From a virus (Duplodnaviria; Caudoviricetes), in IMG/VR virus record IMGVR_UViG_3300014205_000021, positions 3,207-67,206 of that record: 64,000 bases of DNA. One strand, written 5' to 3'. Shown piece by piece: positions 35,409-44,772 of the stretch. Under the pieces are notes generated by a model, which was not told where the DNA came from, ran no database searches, and worked only from the letters and a program-made list of their open reading frames with translations. The stretch's first letter is position 1. Each line of letters opens with the position of its first letter. Made by a program: the position numbers and the translations under genes.

Positions 35409-35686
35409 GACGCACCGCCTTTCGCTTTGGCGATGGCGGCTTCGATCTTGGTCAGCAGCAAGCAGCGGGCACCGTCGCGGTGACTGTCGGCTTGCAATTC
35501 GCCAAGGGCATCGTCGAGCGCATCCAGCAGATCAGGCGCGGCAGCGATCAGGCGCGCGTTGGCCTCTTGATTGTGGTGAGCGTTTACGTTCGCGACGATC
35601 AATCCACCCTTGATAGTAACGATCCACCATTCTGGATCGACGCTCTCTTGAGAGCAGTTCCACGGCCCCGGCGTATGCTCGCTCAC
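35405..35686 (-). CDS. Common phage accessory protein (HTPGPW / ANARLIAAAP family)
   Basis: MSEHTPGPW...EANARLIAAAPDLL. Confidence 0.8.
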   Translation of the reverse strand: MSEHTPGPWNCSQESVDPEWWIVTIKGGLIVANVNAHHNQEANARLIAAAPDLLDALDDALGELQADSHRDGARCLLLTKIEAAIAKAKGGAS

Positions 35687-36015
35687 GACCGGCCTCCGTC
35701 GCGCTTACGCGCGCGGGCGACTTCCGCAGCTGCGCCGAGCTTCCCGCACATCGCGTAGAACTCCCGGCCGTTGTGCACCATCGCGATAGTGCGCTCCGGG
35801 TCATACCCGCGCTCGAGCAGGATCAGCGCGCTTTCGGTGAAGGGCGATGACGACTCGCATAGCGCCTCGGCGGGGCTCTCGGGATTCCCGTCGTCGTTTC
35901 GCAACCGGGCGGCGAACCACCCGACCCGCGAACCCGTTTCCTCGACGTCGATCAGGAGCGTGTCGGCTGGCAGCTCGGAGAAGCTGCCCCGGTATTTGAA
36001 CTGTGTTCCGGCCAT
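35683..36015 (-). CDS. Hypothetical protein
   Basis: AACCG-ATG start with GAGG RBS. Confidence 0.6.
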   Translation of the reverse strand: MAGTQFKYRGSFSELPADTLLIDVEETGSRVGWFAARLRNDDGNPESPAEALCESSSPFTESALILLERGYDPERTIAMVHNGREFYAMCGKLGAAAEVARARKRDGGRS

Positions 36016-36308
36016 CGGTTCCTCTTTCGCAGGCGGATCAGGAAGCTATGAGCGCACAGCCTGCACATCCACCTGTCGCCGGCCGGCGTGTCTGCCTCGA
36101 GCAGAAAGCGCATAGGTCTACCGTGCGTCGGGCAGTTGTTCCACTCTCGTGTCGGGAATTGTGCATAAGCGGCAAACTCACCGATCGTGATGAGCATTCC
36201 ATACTTGTCAGCCGGCAGCGCCGAGTCGTCGAACGGGCTATCCGGCATAGCCTCCCAGCGGGTCGCGGCCTTCGCGAGAAGATCGAAAACCTCGTCGCGC
36301 TGCATCAC
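35952..36308 (-). CDS. Hypothetical protein with a C-x2-H/C zinc motif
   Basis: CPTH...CRLC; coupled start. Confidence 0.45.
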   Translation of the reverse strand: MMQRDEVFDLLAKAATRWEAMPDSPFDDSALPADKYGMLITIGEFAAYAQFPTREWNNCPTHGRPMRFLLEADTPAGDRWMCRLCAHSFLIRLRKRNRWPEHSSNTGAASPSCQPTRS

Positions 36309-36571
36309 GGCCTCTCGCGCACGCGCTCGGCCGCGCCGAGAATGCCGCCCTGCACGATCTCCTGGTTCGCAAGCTCATGTACCGCCCCGACCTTGAGCGC
36401 CCCGTGCCGGCGGACAATCGCTTCGACGAGCCGCAAAAGCTCATCCATGTAAACCGCCCTGCTGAACTTCAGCCGCGTGTAATCGCCGCCACACTCGATG
36501 AACTCCCGAAGCGGCACAGCCCCTTTTTTAAGGGGCGGCATAGCGGGATCGCGGGATAGGCCACGCATCAC
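36305..36571 (-). CDS. Hypothetical protein
   Basis: First gene after the regulatory gap; coupled to the next ORF. Confidence 0.45.
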   Translation of the reverse strand: MMRGLSRDPAMPPLKKGAVPLREFIECGGDYTRLKFSRAVYMDELLRLVEAIVRRHGALKVGAVHELANQEIVQGGILGAAERVRERP

Positions 36572-36619
36572 CGTTTCACCCCTCGGGTGACTTCCGGTTT
36601 TCGACCGATAAAACGGGGC

Positions 36620-36930
36620 CGAAAGCGAAGCATAGAATTTGCATAAAAGCTGCGCGATTTACGAAAAAATGTGGCCCGCCCTTTTGACGGGGCGGGCCCT
36701 TCGGCTGGTACTGGCTGCGACGCGGCGAACCGATGAAGAACTCCGCGTGGCTTTCCCGGGCCGGAAGCTGAACTGAAACGACTCTTATCTGAGTCAGAGT
36801 TTGTGGCTGAGCGCCTCCTCGCGTGGGCCTTCGGCCTCGCTCGGGGGCTTGCGAACAGGCGATTCACGTAGAGAACGGGCTGCGGGGGACTGTCAAGGGA
36901 ACCTGAGGGACATTTCGAGGGACAATTCAC
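36620..36930. promoter_or_regulatory. Non-coding regulatory / ori-like region: AT-rich patch, GC hairpin and GGGAC(A) boxes
   Basis: GGCCCGCCC...GGGCGGGCC (36673-36698); GGGACT 36886, GGGACA 36907 and 36919. Confidence 0.55.
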
Positions 36931-37371
36931 CTACGACCTCCGTGCGGCCTTTGAAAACAAAGAAAAAAACCTGTCCCGCAGTTTTTTGAAACCCGGGTGT
37001 GGATACGGGCCATAAAGGACGTCGAGCACTATCAGCTCGAGCTTGTTCCGGCAGCTCCCGTGGGTGCTCATCGCACCGGTGCGCGCGAGCGGCTCATCAC
37101 CGGGCATGCAGCCGTAGAACGGCGCGTCGCCGCCCTCGTACTGGACGATAAACGCGAGGCATACCCCGCGCCACCACAGCTCGGCGCTGAACGCTTCATC
37201 GGCCCCCCGGGCCCCCGGAGCTACCTCGATCCACTCCCACTCGCTCCGTAGCCGCCTCCGCAGCCATAGCAGGCGGGTTTCCGAAGAGATCGACCGCTCG
37301 AATAAGCGCCAGATCGCCAGACCGAGCAGCCCTACGCCGGCAAACAACAAAACCCACTGTGCGTTCGTCAT
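36931..37371 (-). CDS. Membrane-anchored hypothetical protein
   Basis: N-terminal TM segment WVLLFAGVGLLGLAIW. Confidence 0.6.
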   Translation of the reverse strand: MTNAQWVLLFAGVGLLGLAIWRLFERSISSETRLLWLRRRLRSEWEWIEVAPGARGADEAFSAELWWRGVCLAFIVQYEGGDAPFYGCMPGDEPLARTGAMSTHGSCRNKLELIVLDVLYGPYPHPGFKKLRDRFFSLFSKAARRS

Positions 37372-37724
37372 CAGGCCTCTCCCGCGCGCTGGTTTTCGTA
37401 CTCGTACTCGTCCGTGTGTTCGCTCGGCACGTCGTCGCCCCGCAGGAAGGCCTCGAGCAGCTCCGGATCCGATCCGCCGTACCGCGTCGGCACGCAGATG
37501 ATTTGATTGCGCGGCGCCCCGGTGCGCAGCCGGCGGATGATCGTCCGCTCGAGGCGCAGCACGTGATCATCCGCATGCACGAGCAGCACATGGCCGCGAT
37601 ACCGCGCGCTCGCGATGCTGGGCCGGATTTCCTGCGCACACGAGATCGCGACCGCGGCGGCTTCGCCCGGGCTCGCTTCGTCGGGAATCAGCTTCGGATG
37701 CCCGGGGTCGTATTTACAGCTCAT
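37371..37724 (-). CDS. Hypothetical protein
   Basis: ATG 37724. Confidence 0.5.
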   Translation of the reverse strand: MSCKYDPGHPKLIPDEASPGEAAAVAISCAQEIRPSIASARYRGHVLLVHADDHVLRLERTIIRRLRTGAPRNQIICVPTRYGGSDPELLEAFLRGDDVPSEHTDEYEYENQRAGEA

Positions 37725-37838
37725 CCGCGCACCGCTTCGCCTGCCAGATCGCAGCCAGCCAGAGCACCGAGAAGAACACGCCCCAGCCCCAGCGGCCGAG
37801 CCAAGCTGCTGCCACCAGCATCGTGCCGGCAAACAGGC

Positions 37839-38414
37839 TTACCGCGAGCGCGAGAGCGAGCGCCGCGACAAGCCAGCCTGCTCGTCCCCGGAGGCGCGCA
37901 GCAATGCCCAGAGATCTCGCTCGATCGCGCGGTGCACCGAGGGCTCGCTCGCGATCCCCAAGTGGTCGCGGCTTCGCGAGCGAATATTCAGGACGCTCGT
38001 GAGCCCACCCGAAAGCCCGGCGGGCGGCTTCCTCAGCAGCCCGCGCGTCGGATTGTCTGCGCGCTGATAACCGATACCCAGCAGCACGTTGTTCGGGAGT
38101 TTGTCCATCTCGATCCACATCCAGCTCCACGGTTGGCGACCGTCAATCGCTACCAGTTCCTCAACCGGCCGCGCGTCCGCGTCGAGCGCCCGCGCGGCGT
38201 TGATCGCCGCCCCGGCGCCGAGCGAGTGCCCGACCATTACGATGCGCAAATCCTTCCGCTCGCGCGCGTACTCGACCGCCTGCGGCCAGTCCGTCCACGA
38301 GTAGGTTTTCACGATGACGCCCGGCACCCGCCCGAGCCTGGCCGAGAGATCGTCGAGCCCTCGGGTCGCGACCGACCCGAACAGGCCGGCGAAAAGCAGA
38401 ACGAGAATTTTCAT
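37839..38414 (-). CDS. Alpha/beta-hydrolase (thioesterase/lipase-like)
   Basis: Nucleophile elbow VGHSLGAG; LVAIDG; C-terminal HLGI. Confidence 0.8.
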   Translation of the reverse strand: MKILVLLFAGLFGSVATRGLDDLSARLGRVPGVIVKTYSWTDWPQAVEYARERKDLRIVMVGHSLGAGAAINAARALDADARPVEELVAIDGRQPWSWMWIEMDKLPNNVLLGIGYQRADNPTRGLLRKPPAGLSGGLTSVLNIRSRSRDHLGIASEPSVHRAIERDLWALLRASGDEQAGLSRRSLSRSR

Positions 38415-38423
38415 CCCGGGCCC

Positions 38424-38630
38424 TCACGGAAGTTTGCCCGCGAACTTTTGCATAGCTTCCTGCAAAGGCAAAAGCGCCTCGCTCCGGACTTCGCTCCGGA
38501 TCCCCGCAGCCTCGAGCTTGAGCGCGAGCTGCATCGCCATATTGATCTGCTCGGCCGCGCCGGCGAGCAAGCCGGTAATCGCACCGGTCGCGACGAGCAC
38601 TTTCTCGGTATTGCTGCGGCGGTCATCCAT
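38424..38630 (-). CDS. Hypothetical protein
   Basis: GGAG RBS, ATG 38630. Confidence 0.5.
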   Translation of the reverse strand: MDDRRSNTEKVLVATGAITGLLAGAAEQINMAMQLALKLEAAGIRSEVRSEALLPLQEAMQKFAGKLP

Positions 38631-39018
38631 CGGCCTTCTCCGGGTTCGCCTTCGCGGCCCGCTCGGCCGCGAGACCGAAAACATACATCACATCGGCGGA
38701 GCGCCGCGCGGTGCCTTGCCCGGTCGCGCAGTCGTGACACAGCAGCGTTTTATGCGCGTCACCAATCGGCAGGCCGAGATCCTCGTTCGGGCCCATCGCG
38801 TTTGCGATCCGCGCGGCCAGCGGGCCGCCACCGAATTGCAGCTCGAGCCCGTGCGCGCGCATTACCGCGTGGCTATCGATCCCCATCGTCTCGATTGTCA
38901 CCCGGTAGAAGATCGGCATGCCGGAATGCATCATACCGCGGCCGCAGACGATGCAGTTCTCGAAGTCCTCGTGCTTCATCGCTCGCTTGCGATCATATTC
39001 AAACGGCTTGTCGCTCAT
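38623..39018 (-). CDS. Zinc-binding hypothetical protein
   Basis: CIVCG ... CHDC; AGGAG plus AACCG-ATG. Confidence 0.6.
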   Translation of the reverse strand: MSDKPFEYDRKRAMKHEDFENCIVCGRGMMHSGMPIFYRVTIETMGIDSHAVMRAHGLELQFGGGPLAARIANAMGPNEDLGLPIGDAHKTLLCHDCATGQGTARRSADVMYVFGLAAERAAKANPEKADG

Positions 39019-39241
39019 CGGTTTTCTCCTCGCTGGCGAACAGCGCGGCTTCGCGCCGTTCGATGAATTTACGCGGTACTAAATCGGAAAGGGCCGCCCA
39101 CGCGGTGATCAGCTTCGGCGGCGCGCTTGGCCCGAGCATCCGGACGAGCGGATCAAGCTCTCGGAACGCTCGCAGGGCACGGATTTGAATCGCGCGGTTC
39201 TTGCGCGCGCGGACATAATCAAATGTTTGCGTGATCGGCAT
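38999..39241 (-). CDS. Hypothetical protein
   Basis: Coupled ORF. Confidence 0.45.
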   Translation of the reverse strand: MPITQTFDYVRARKNRAIQIRALRAFRELDPLVRMLGPSAPPKLITAWAALSDLVPRKFIERREAALFASEEKTDERQAV

Positions 39242-39593
39242 ATTCGAGTTCGCCGCGCCAGATGCCGCTCTGCTGGAAATCGCAGTTGCTTACGCGGTAG
39301 AGCACCGGCGTGCCGTCATCGTGCCGAAGCCGCAGGAAATCCCCGGGCTGCACGTTCGTGAGGTTCGAATAGATCAGCGCGGTCGTGCCATCCGTGCTCG
39401 GGACGAAGCTGTATTCGTCCCCGATGACGTCATGCACGACCGGCGTCTTGTGCTTCGGCTTCGCGACCGGCGGCCTCGAGTCGAGGATGACCCACGCGCC
39501 CTTCCCGTTCAGATTTACCCAGCGGATGCGCTTGCGCGCGATCACCGCGTAACCGCGGCCTTCTAGGATGCGCGCCGCCCAGCGTGTCAGCAT
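39219..39593 (-). CDS. Hypothetical protein
   Basis: GAGGAG RBS, ATG 39593. Confidence 0.55.
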   Translation of the reverse strand: MLTRWAARILEGRGYAVIARKRIRWVNLNGKGAWVILDSRPPVAKPKHKTPVVHDVIGDEYSFVPSTDGTTALIYSNLTNVQPGDFLRLRHDDGTPVLYRVSNCDFQQSGIWRGELEYADHANI

Positions 39594-39616
39594 GTTTTGC
39601 TCCTCATCGGTTCGGC

Positions 39617-39731
39617 GCTCGGCCGCCGGGGAAACGGTGGAAACCCGGCGGCCGAGCTTTCCTGAACCGCCCTTCCGAAAGAGCCGCGTTCCACATGGCA
39701 AGAACCCGACGCATCCACGGATCAGGAAAGC
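39617..39731. other. Two adjacent hairpins in the intergenic region after the primase-helicase
   Basis: 14-bp stem GCTCGGCCGCCGGG/CCCGGCGGCCGAGC (39617-39657); 10-bp IR GCTTTCCTGA/TCAGGAAAGC (39656-39731). Confidence 0.6.
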
Positions 39732-39787
39732 CGAGTTACAAGCATGTCGGCCGGCAAAGCAACCGCCATCCGGTCGCAGATTGTGGA

Positions 39788-42169
39788 CTAGAACGGCACC
39801 TCGTCGTCATCACCCGGGGCCGAATCCGCCGCGCTCTCGCGGAGCGGTTTAAGCGGCTCCGCGTCGACGCGCATGATCTTCATCCGCGTGCGCCAGACCC
39901 ACTCGCCGTCTTTCCCGATGATACGGTCGTCGCCCATCCAGTTATCGATCGCCCGCTGGATCGTTTTCTTGTTCGCGGCTTCCATATCCTTGCCGTCGTA
40001 TTCGCCCGCGCGAATGCGATCCAGCTCCTCACGCCAGTCGCCGACCCGAACGCAGATCGCGCCCAGCGGACACCGCACGCCATCAGGCGCGACCACGCCT
40101 TTGCGCTCGAGCGCTTCCTTGAGCGCGACGAAGACTCTGCGCGCGTTTGGTTTCAGATCCCAGTAACCAGGCGGCACCGCGCGTACCTTCGGTGACGTCG
40201 AGGCCGGGTTATGCCCACCGGGCGTGTCGACCACGCAAGTCGTGATCGCATCGCCATCAGCGTCGCGGCCGATCTCGACTTGCCGCAAGACAAAATCCCA
40301 ATGCCACCCGGCTTCGCCCTCGGACTGCTTCTTCACGGTCGCGCGCTTGATCGGCCGACCCTCGGTATCCTTCAGCAGGTTCTTTTCCTTCGAGCCGTCG
40401 TCCATCTTCGAGACGTCGATGCAAGTCTCGATATTGTTGTAGAGAACCTGATTGCCGCGAAGCCCGCCCGACGCATTCTTGTGCTGAATGATCAGCACGG
40501 TCGCGCCGGTCTCGTCGCGGATGCGCTCATAACGCTTCTTCACACGCATGACTTCCTTTTTATCGACCTCCGAGGCATCCGGTGTCGCGGCATCGTGCGT
40601 GTCGATCACGACAAGGCCGAGCGGAATCCCCGCCTCTTCCCACGGGGCCGCGAGTCCCTTGATCTCGGCGATCAGCGCGTCGCATTCCGCTTCCTCGGTG
40701 AACAGATCGAAAGGCTTCGTCGTGACGGCGAACGGCACGCCGGTTTGCGAAACCTGAAAGAACATCCGCCAGCCGCGCATGCGGTTGCGATGCCCCTTGC
40801 CCTTCTCGGCCGCGCAGTAGACGACGCCGCGCTGCACGGTCTTGCGATTCTCGAATGTCCAGCCGAGCGCAACGTGCATCGCGATATGCGAGACGAGGAA
40901 CGATTTGCCCGACTGGCTTTCGCCGATCACCAGCACGACGTCGCCCATCGGCAGCAAATATTTAATCAGCCACTCGGGCGCGAGCGCGGAGCCCTGCGGG
41001 TCGTCGAACCGCACGGCGCCGAATTTCGACTCGAACGGTCGGGGCTTCCAATCCTCGAGCCGATCGACGATCTCGAGCAGCTTTTCCCGGGTGCCGCCGG
41101 CCTGATCGCGCCAGTCCGTGATATCGCCGCCCTTCGGGCAACCGATCCAGAAGCTCGACGGGTCGAGTAGCCGCACCCTGCGCGCAATACCGCGCAGCGA
41201 TGCGCAGACCTTCTCGCCACGGAGCCTGCCGGCTTCGTCGTTGTCGATCGGCACCACGACGTCGAGGCCTCGAAACATTTCCGCGTGATGTGGCTTCCAG
41301 TTCTTCGCGCCGCCGGAATTGCAAAAGCCCGCGAGTTTCCAATCCAAAAACGTATGGACGTCTTTCTCGCCCTCGGGGAGAAAGCAGGTCATATCCTCGT
41401 CGTCTTTGATCGCGGCCAGCTCGCGCATGAGTTCGGGGAGCCGATAGATCGAATGCGCGATCTCGATATCGTCGAATTTCTTCCGTTCCTCGAAGCGCCA
41501 GTTTTTGAAGTTCTCCTCGTCGAAGCGCCGCCAATCGCCCGAGCCTTTGCGCTTGCGCATGAACTCGCCGGAATCGAGCCCCCAGATCCACGTGTCTTTC
41601 TCGCCCGGTGCCGGTTGTCGCTGCGCGAAGCTCTTTTTGCGCTTGCCGTTCTCCTCCCACTGAAACCGGACGACCTGATAGATCAGCATCTCGTCGGCGT
41701 TCAGATAGTCGTAGGTCGCGGTTATTTCTCGCCGCGGCTTTGCCGCGCGCGGCGCGTTCGGGTGCTCGCTTTCCGGCAACGGCTGGGTGGACGAAAATCT
41801 CGGATCGTTTTCGAACTCGTCCGCATCAGGCGATTTAGCCCCGCGTGACGGGGCTTTCCCGGTGGACGAGTTTTTACCCGGAAGCGGCATTCCGGCCAGC
41901 TGCGCGCAGCGCTCGACTGCCGTCGGGAAATCACAACCCGTGATTTCCATCTCAAACTTGAAAATATCGCCGCCCTTTCCGGAGGCGAAATCCTTCCACA
42001 GATGCTTCCCGTCGTTGACCTTGAAGCTCGGAGTTTTTTCGTTCTGGAAGGGCGAAAGCGCGACATATTCCGCGCCTTCCTTCTTCAACTGCAGATGCTT
42101 GCCGACGACTTCGCTCACCGGCAGCCGGGAACGTAATTCGTCAAGAAACTGATCGGAGAAGCGGCTCAC
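39788..42169 (-). CDS. Primase-helicase: DnaG-type zinc-binding-like domain, Toprim, RepA/AAA_25 SF4 helicase
   Basis: LSPFQNEKTPSF...WKDFASGKGGD; PEGEKDV, DNDEAG; GESQSGKS, LVVIDT. Confidence 0.92.
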   Translation of the reverse strand: MSRFSDQFLDELRSRLPVSEVVGKHLQLKKEGAEYVALSPFQNEKTPSFKVNDGKHLWKDFASGKGGDIFKFEMEITGCDFPTAVERCAQLAGMPLPGKNSSTGKAPSRGAKSPDADEFENDPRFSSTQPLPESEHPNAPRAAKPRREITATYDYLNADEMLIYQVVRFQWEENGKRKKSFAQRQPAPGEKDTWIWGLDSGEFMRKRKGSGDWRRFDEENFKNWRFEERKKFDDIEIAHSIYRLPELMRELAAIKDDEDMTCFLPEGEKDVHTFLDWKLAGFCNSGGAKNWKPHHAEMFRGLDVVVPIDNDEAGRLRGEKVCASLRGIARRVRLLDPSSFWIGCPKGGDITDWRDQAGGTREKLLEIVDRLEDWKPRPFESKFGAVRFDDPQGSALAPEWLIKYLLPMGDVVLVIGESQSGKSFLVSHIAMHVALGWTFENRKTVQRGVVYCAAEKGKGHRNRMRGWRMFFQVSQTGVPFAVTTKPFDLFTEEAECDALIAEIKGLAAPWEEAGIPLGLVVIDTHDAATPDASEVDKKEVMRVKKRYERIRDETGATVLIIQHKNASGGLRGNQVLYNNIETCIDVSKMDDGSKEKNLLKDTEGRPIKRATVKKQSEGEAGWHWDFVLRQVEIGRDADGDAITTCVVDTPGGHNPASTSPKVRAVPPGYWDLKPNARRVFVALKEALERKGVVAPDGVRCPLGAICVRVGDWREELDRIRAGEYDGKDMEAANKKTIQRAIDNWMGDDRIIGKDGEWVWRTRMKIMRVDAEPLKPLRESAADSAPGDDDEVPF

Positions 42170-42298
42170 TCGAGCCCCCCGGCATGGCGTTTCATCTGCT
42201 GGACTTCCCCCGACTCAGGCCTTGAACCATTGCGTTTTCGGCTTCACGCCCGCAAGCCATCGCGCGCACGCGCTACGGCATAGTGGGGAAAACTCATC

Positions 42299-42994
42299 CT
42301 ACGACTTGACGTTCGCGCTCGACGCACCCGTGCGTCGGATCGCTGCGCGCTCCTTCGCCTCGGCGGCGCATTTGATCTTATGCCCGTTCCGCGAGAGCGC
42401 CTGCAGATTGCCCGGCATCCAGAAGCTCAAGACGTCGGGCCATCGATATGCCTGCCAGTTATGATGCACTTTCCAAAGCGGGAAGATGTGATCGACCTCG
42501 GCATAAAAATAGGTCTGCTTCGGATCCCAATCGTAAGGCACGTGCAGGCTTTCGCCAGTGATCGCGCAGCGCCAATCCTGCCGCTGCGCGAGCCATCGGG
42601 CCAGGTTCTCGGCCCGCGTCATCGTGATCCACAAATCCGAGCAGCAGGCATGCCATGAATGGTTCGGGTGTCGGTTGCCGACATTCCGCCAGTGCCCGCC
42701 GCGGTAGATAGGCCAGCCGCACAGCGAGCACGTGCCCTCCGGCCGCTTGATCGCGTTCTTGCCGTGGCGGAAAGGGGCCGGCGGAATGCGGATCTGATTT
42801 TCCTGCCACTCCGCAACCGTGAATGACTTGTCGCCTGCCGGCTTCGTAAAATCGTATTTGCGCCGCGTGGCCTGCGAATAAATCCGCCAGTCCGTCGCGA
42901 TATCGAGCTCACGGGCGGAAAGTCCACATAGCGCAAGGGCCGCGCGTTGCCCGAGGAGCTGGTGTTTGTTGAAGAATATCCGGGCGCTTTTCAT
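42299..42994 (-). CDS. HNH endonuclease
   Basis: CAITG...EVDHIFPL...NLQALSRNGHKIK; N-terminal Cys/His motifs. Confidence 0.75.
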   Translation of the reverse strand: MKSARIFFNKHQLLGQRAALALCGLSARELDIATDWRIYSQATRRKYDFTKPAGDKSFTVAEWQENQIRIPPAPFRHGKNAIKRPEGTCSLCGWPIYRGGHWRNVGNRHPNHSWHACCSDLWITMTRAENLARWLAQRQDWRCAITGESLHVPYDWDPKQTYFYAEVDHIFPLWKVHHNWQAYRWPDVLSFWMPGNLQALSRNGHKIKCAAEAKERAAIRRTGASSANVKS

Positions 42995-43362
42995 CGATGC
43001 CGTCTTCGCGCGCGGCCGTTCGGCTTCAGCGGATCGAGAAGCGACCGCACGATCTCGGGCTCGAGCGTGTCTTCAAGATCAATTACTCGTTCGTCGACCA
43101 GGCGATCGACGCAGAACTTCTCGAGAATTTTCACGCCCCGGATATCGAGCGCCTTGTCATTCAGCGGTTTACCCGGGTTCTCGCGGGCAAGCCGACGGGC
43201 CAGCGAAGCGGCAGAAATCGGGAAAGGTAAATTATTGAGCGCCGCGCGGGTTTTCGGCCCGAGCTGATCGACTGCGGTCATCTCGTCCTCGGGCGTGCCG
43301 TGCTCGCGTGCCGCGCCGATAAGGCGCGCCGCGTTACCGATCGCTTGCGGCGGGGGTCGCAT
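42991..43362 (-). CDS. Hypothetical protein
   Basis: Coupled ORF. Confidence 0.5.
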   Translation of the reverse strand: MRPPPQAIGNAARLIGAAREHGTPEDEMTAVDQLGPKTRAALNNLPFPISAASLARRLARENPGKPLNDKALDIRGVKILEKFCVDRLVDERVIDLEDTLEPEIVRSLLDPLKPNGRARRRHR

Positions 43363-43714
43363 CCTCGGTCGGCTCCTGCGCTTTCTCCTCGCTCTCGATC
43401 AGCGCGATCCTCTTTTGCTCTTCGCGCTCAAGCAGCGTCGGGAATTCCGGCAGCGTGATCTTTTCCGCCGTGACCAATTTTCCGAATTTCTTTTCGCCGA
43501 ACAGATCAACGAATTCAACCGTGCGCGCGAGACGCCGCAGCGCGGCCGCACGCCGCAATGCTTCCTCGCTGTAACCTTTCGATAGACCGGATTGAACGAG
43601 CGCAAGCTGCATGCGCTCAAGATCGTCGGCAATCATATACGCGACTGTGACGCACTCGGAGAGCGTCGGTTTCGCGCGTTTAGGCCGCTTCGGTTCTTGC
43701 TGGTTTTGCTTCAT
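43334..43714 (-). CDS. Hypothetical protein
   Basis: Helical ORF in the operon. Confidence 0.55.
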   Translation of the reverse strand: MKQNQQEPKRPKRAKPTLSECVTVAYMIADDLERMQLALVQSGLSKGYSEEALRRAAALRRLARTVEFVDLFGEKKFGKLVTAEKITLPEFPTLLEREEQKRIALIESEEKAQEPTEDATPAASDR

Positions 43715-44198
43715 CGAGACGCCCGAGCAATTTCATGCCGCCATAGTATGCGATCAGAAGCGCCTCGGCCCGCTGGTGATCCTTCGCGCGTTCGAATAGC
43801 GCGGCATCATCCGGAAAAAGCAGAATTGCCCGCTGGCGGGATTCTTCCTTGTTGCGCGAAAGCCCGAGCGCCCGCTTCCACACGACCGGCTGGATGAACG
43901 GCAGCATCGGGATACGGCAACAGCCAACGATCCCCTCGAGCGCGCCAGCCGCCCGTCCGTAACGAAACATGCCCGAGACTCCGCCTTTCGGAAAAGCCTG
44001 CGCGTTTTCGATAATCGCGTGCGTCGGATGCGCGGCGAGAATCCAGTCTTGAGTCGCCGGCGCGTTAATCCGACGACTGGCACCTTCGCCGCTGGTTTTC
44101 GTATCGGTCGCGCACGAGGCAACCGGGCGGTTCGGGTCTGAAAAATCAACAACCCCGAGACCGCCATCGATCCCCGGGTCGATTCCCAGAATGCGCAC
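43680..44198 (-). CDS. RuvC-like Holliday junction resolvase
   Basis: RILGIDPGIDGG, IIEN, QPVVWK, RAEALLIA; GTG 44198. Confidence 0.85.
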   Translation of the reverse strand: MRILGIDPGIDGGLGVVDFSDPNRPVASCATDTKTSGEGASRRINAPATQDWILAAHPTHAIIENAQAFPKGGVSGMFRYGRAAGALEGIVGCCRIPMLPFIQPVVWKRALGLSRNKEESRQRAILLFPDDAALFERAKDHQRAEALLIAYYGGMKLLGRLDEAKPARTEAA

Positions 44199-44202
44199 CG
44201 GA

Positions 44203-44685
44203 TTACTTCCCGGCCTTCGGGCCGGCCTTTTTGTTCTTCGCCCGCGCGGCGGCCAGATCCGTGACATTGCCTTCCATCACGGCAGCGGATTTTTTAACCG
44301 CCTCGGTAGACTTCTTCGCGGCGGCACGCAGCGGCTCAAGGCGACCGCCTTTCGGCGCCGCGTCGGTTTCTTCCTCATCGTCCGCGTCGAGCCCCGGCAG
44401 CTTCTCGGCCTTCATGTCGTCGACTTTGAGCTGCTCGCGATAATGATCGAAGTCCTCGAGGAAAAAAGCGAGCTTGACCGGGTCTTTTTCGCCGATGCGG
44501 CAAAGCTGCATCACCATCTTGAACGCGCCCGGGTTCAGATGTTTGTGCTCGGCCGCATCCTTGATCGCCTGGCCGAGCTGACCGCTGGCGCGCTGCGCGC
44601 GATCCCGGCAGGCCGTCGAGACCTTTACTAAATCCTTGAGAACGGCGAGCGGAGTGAGCCGGCGAATCGAATCTTTCTTTGCCAT
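44203..44685 (-). CDS. GapR/DUF2312 (T4 DsbA)-like DNA-binding protein
   Basis: Long helix, then IKDAAEHKHLNPGAFKMVMQL...FDHYREQL, and an acidic/basic tail. Confidence 0.45.
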   Translation of the reverse strand: MAKKDSIRRLTPLAVLKDLVKVSTACRDRAQRASGQLGQAIKDAAEHKHLNPGAFKMVMQLCRIGEKDPVKLAFFLEDFDHYREQLKVDDMKAEKLPGLDADDEEETDAAPKGGRLEPLRAAAKKSTEAVKKSAAVMEGNVTDLAAARAKNKKAGPKAGK

Positions 44686-44722
44686 CGGTTCTCTCTGGGG
44701 GCTGAGTTGAAGGAAGGTCGGA

Positions 44723-44751
44723 AGCTATTTGTTCCGCCGTCGGATTGTCAA
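44723..44751 (-). promoter_or_regulatory. Sigma70-like promoter for the leftward operon
   Basis: Minus strand TTGACA-N17-ATAGCT. Confidence 0.55.
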
Positions 44752-44772
44752 ACACCATCGTGTCTGCTGTGA

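Noticed and set aside
37714-37900. Hydrophobic two-TM reading frame after the hydrolase
   Set aside because: No convincing in-frame start or RBS; it could be another indel-damaged gene but cannot be supported.
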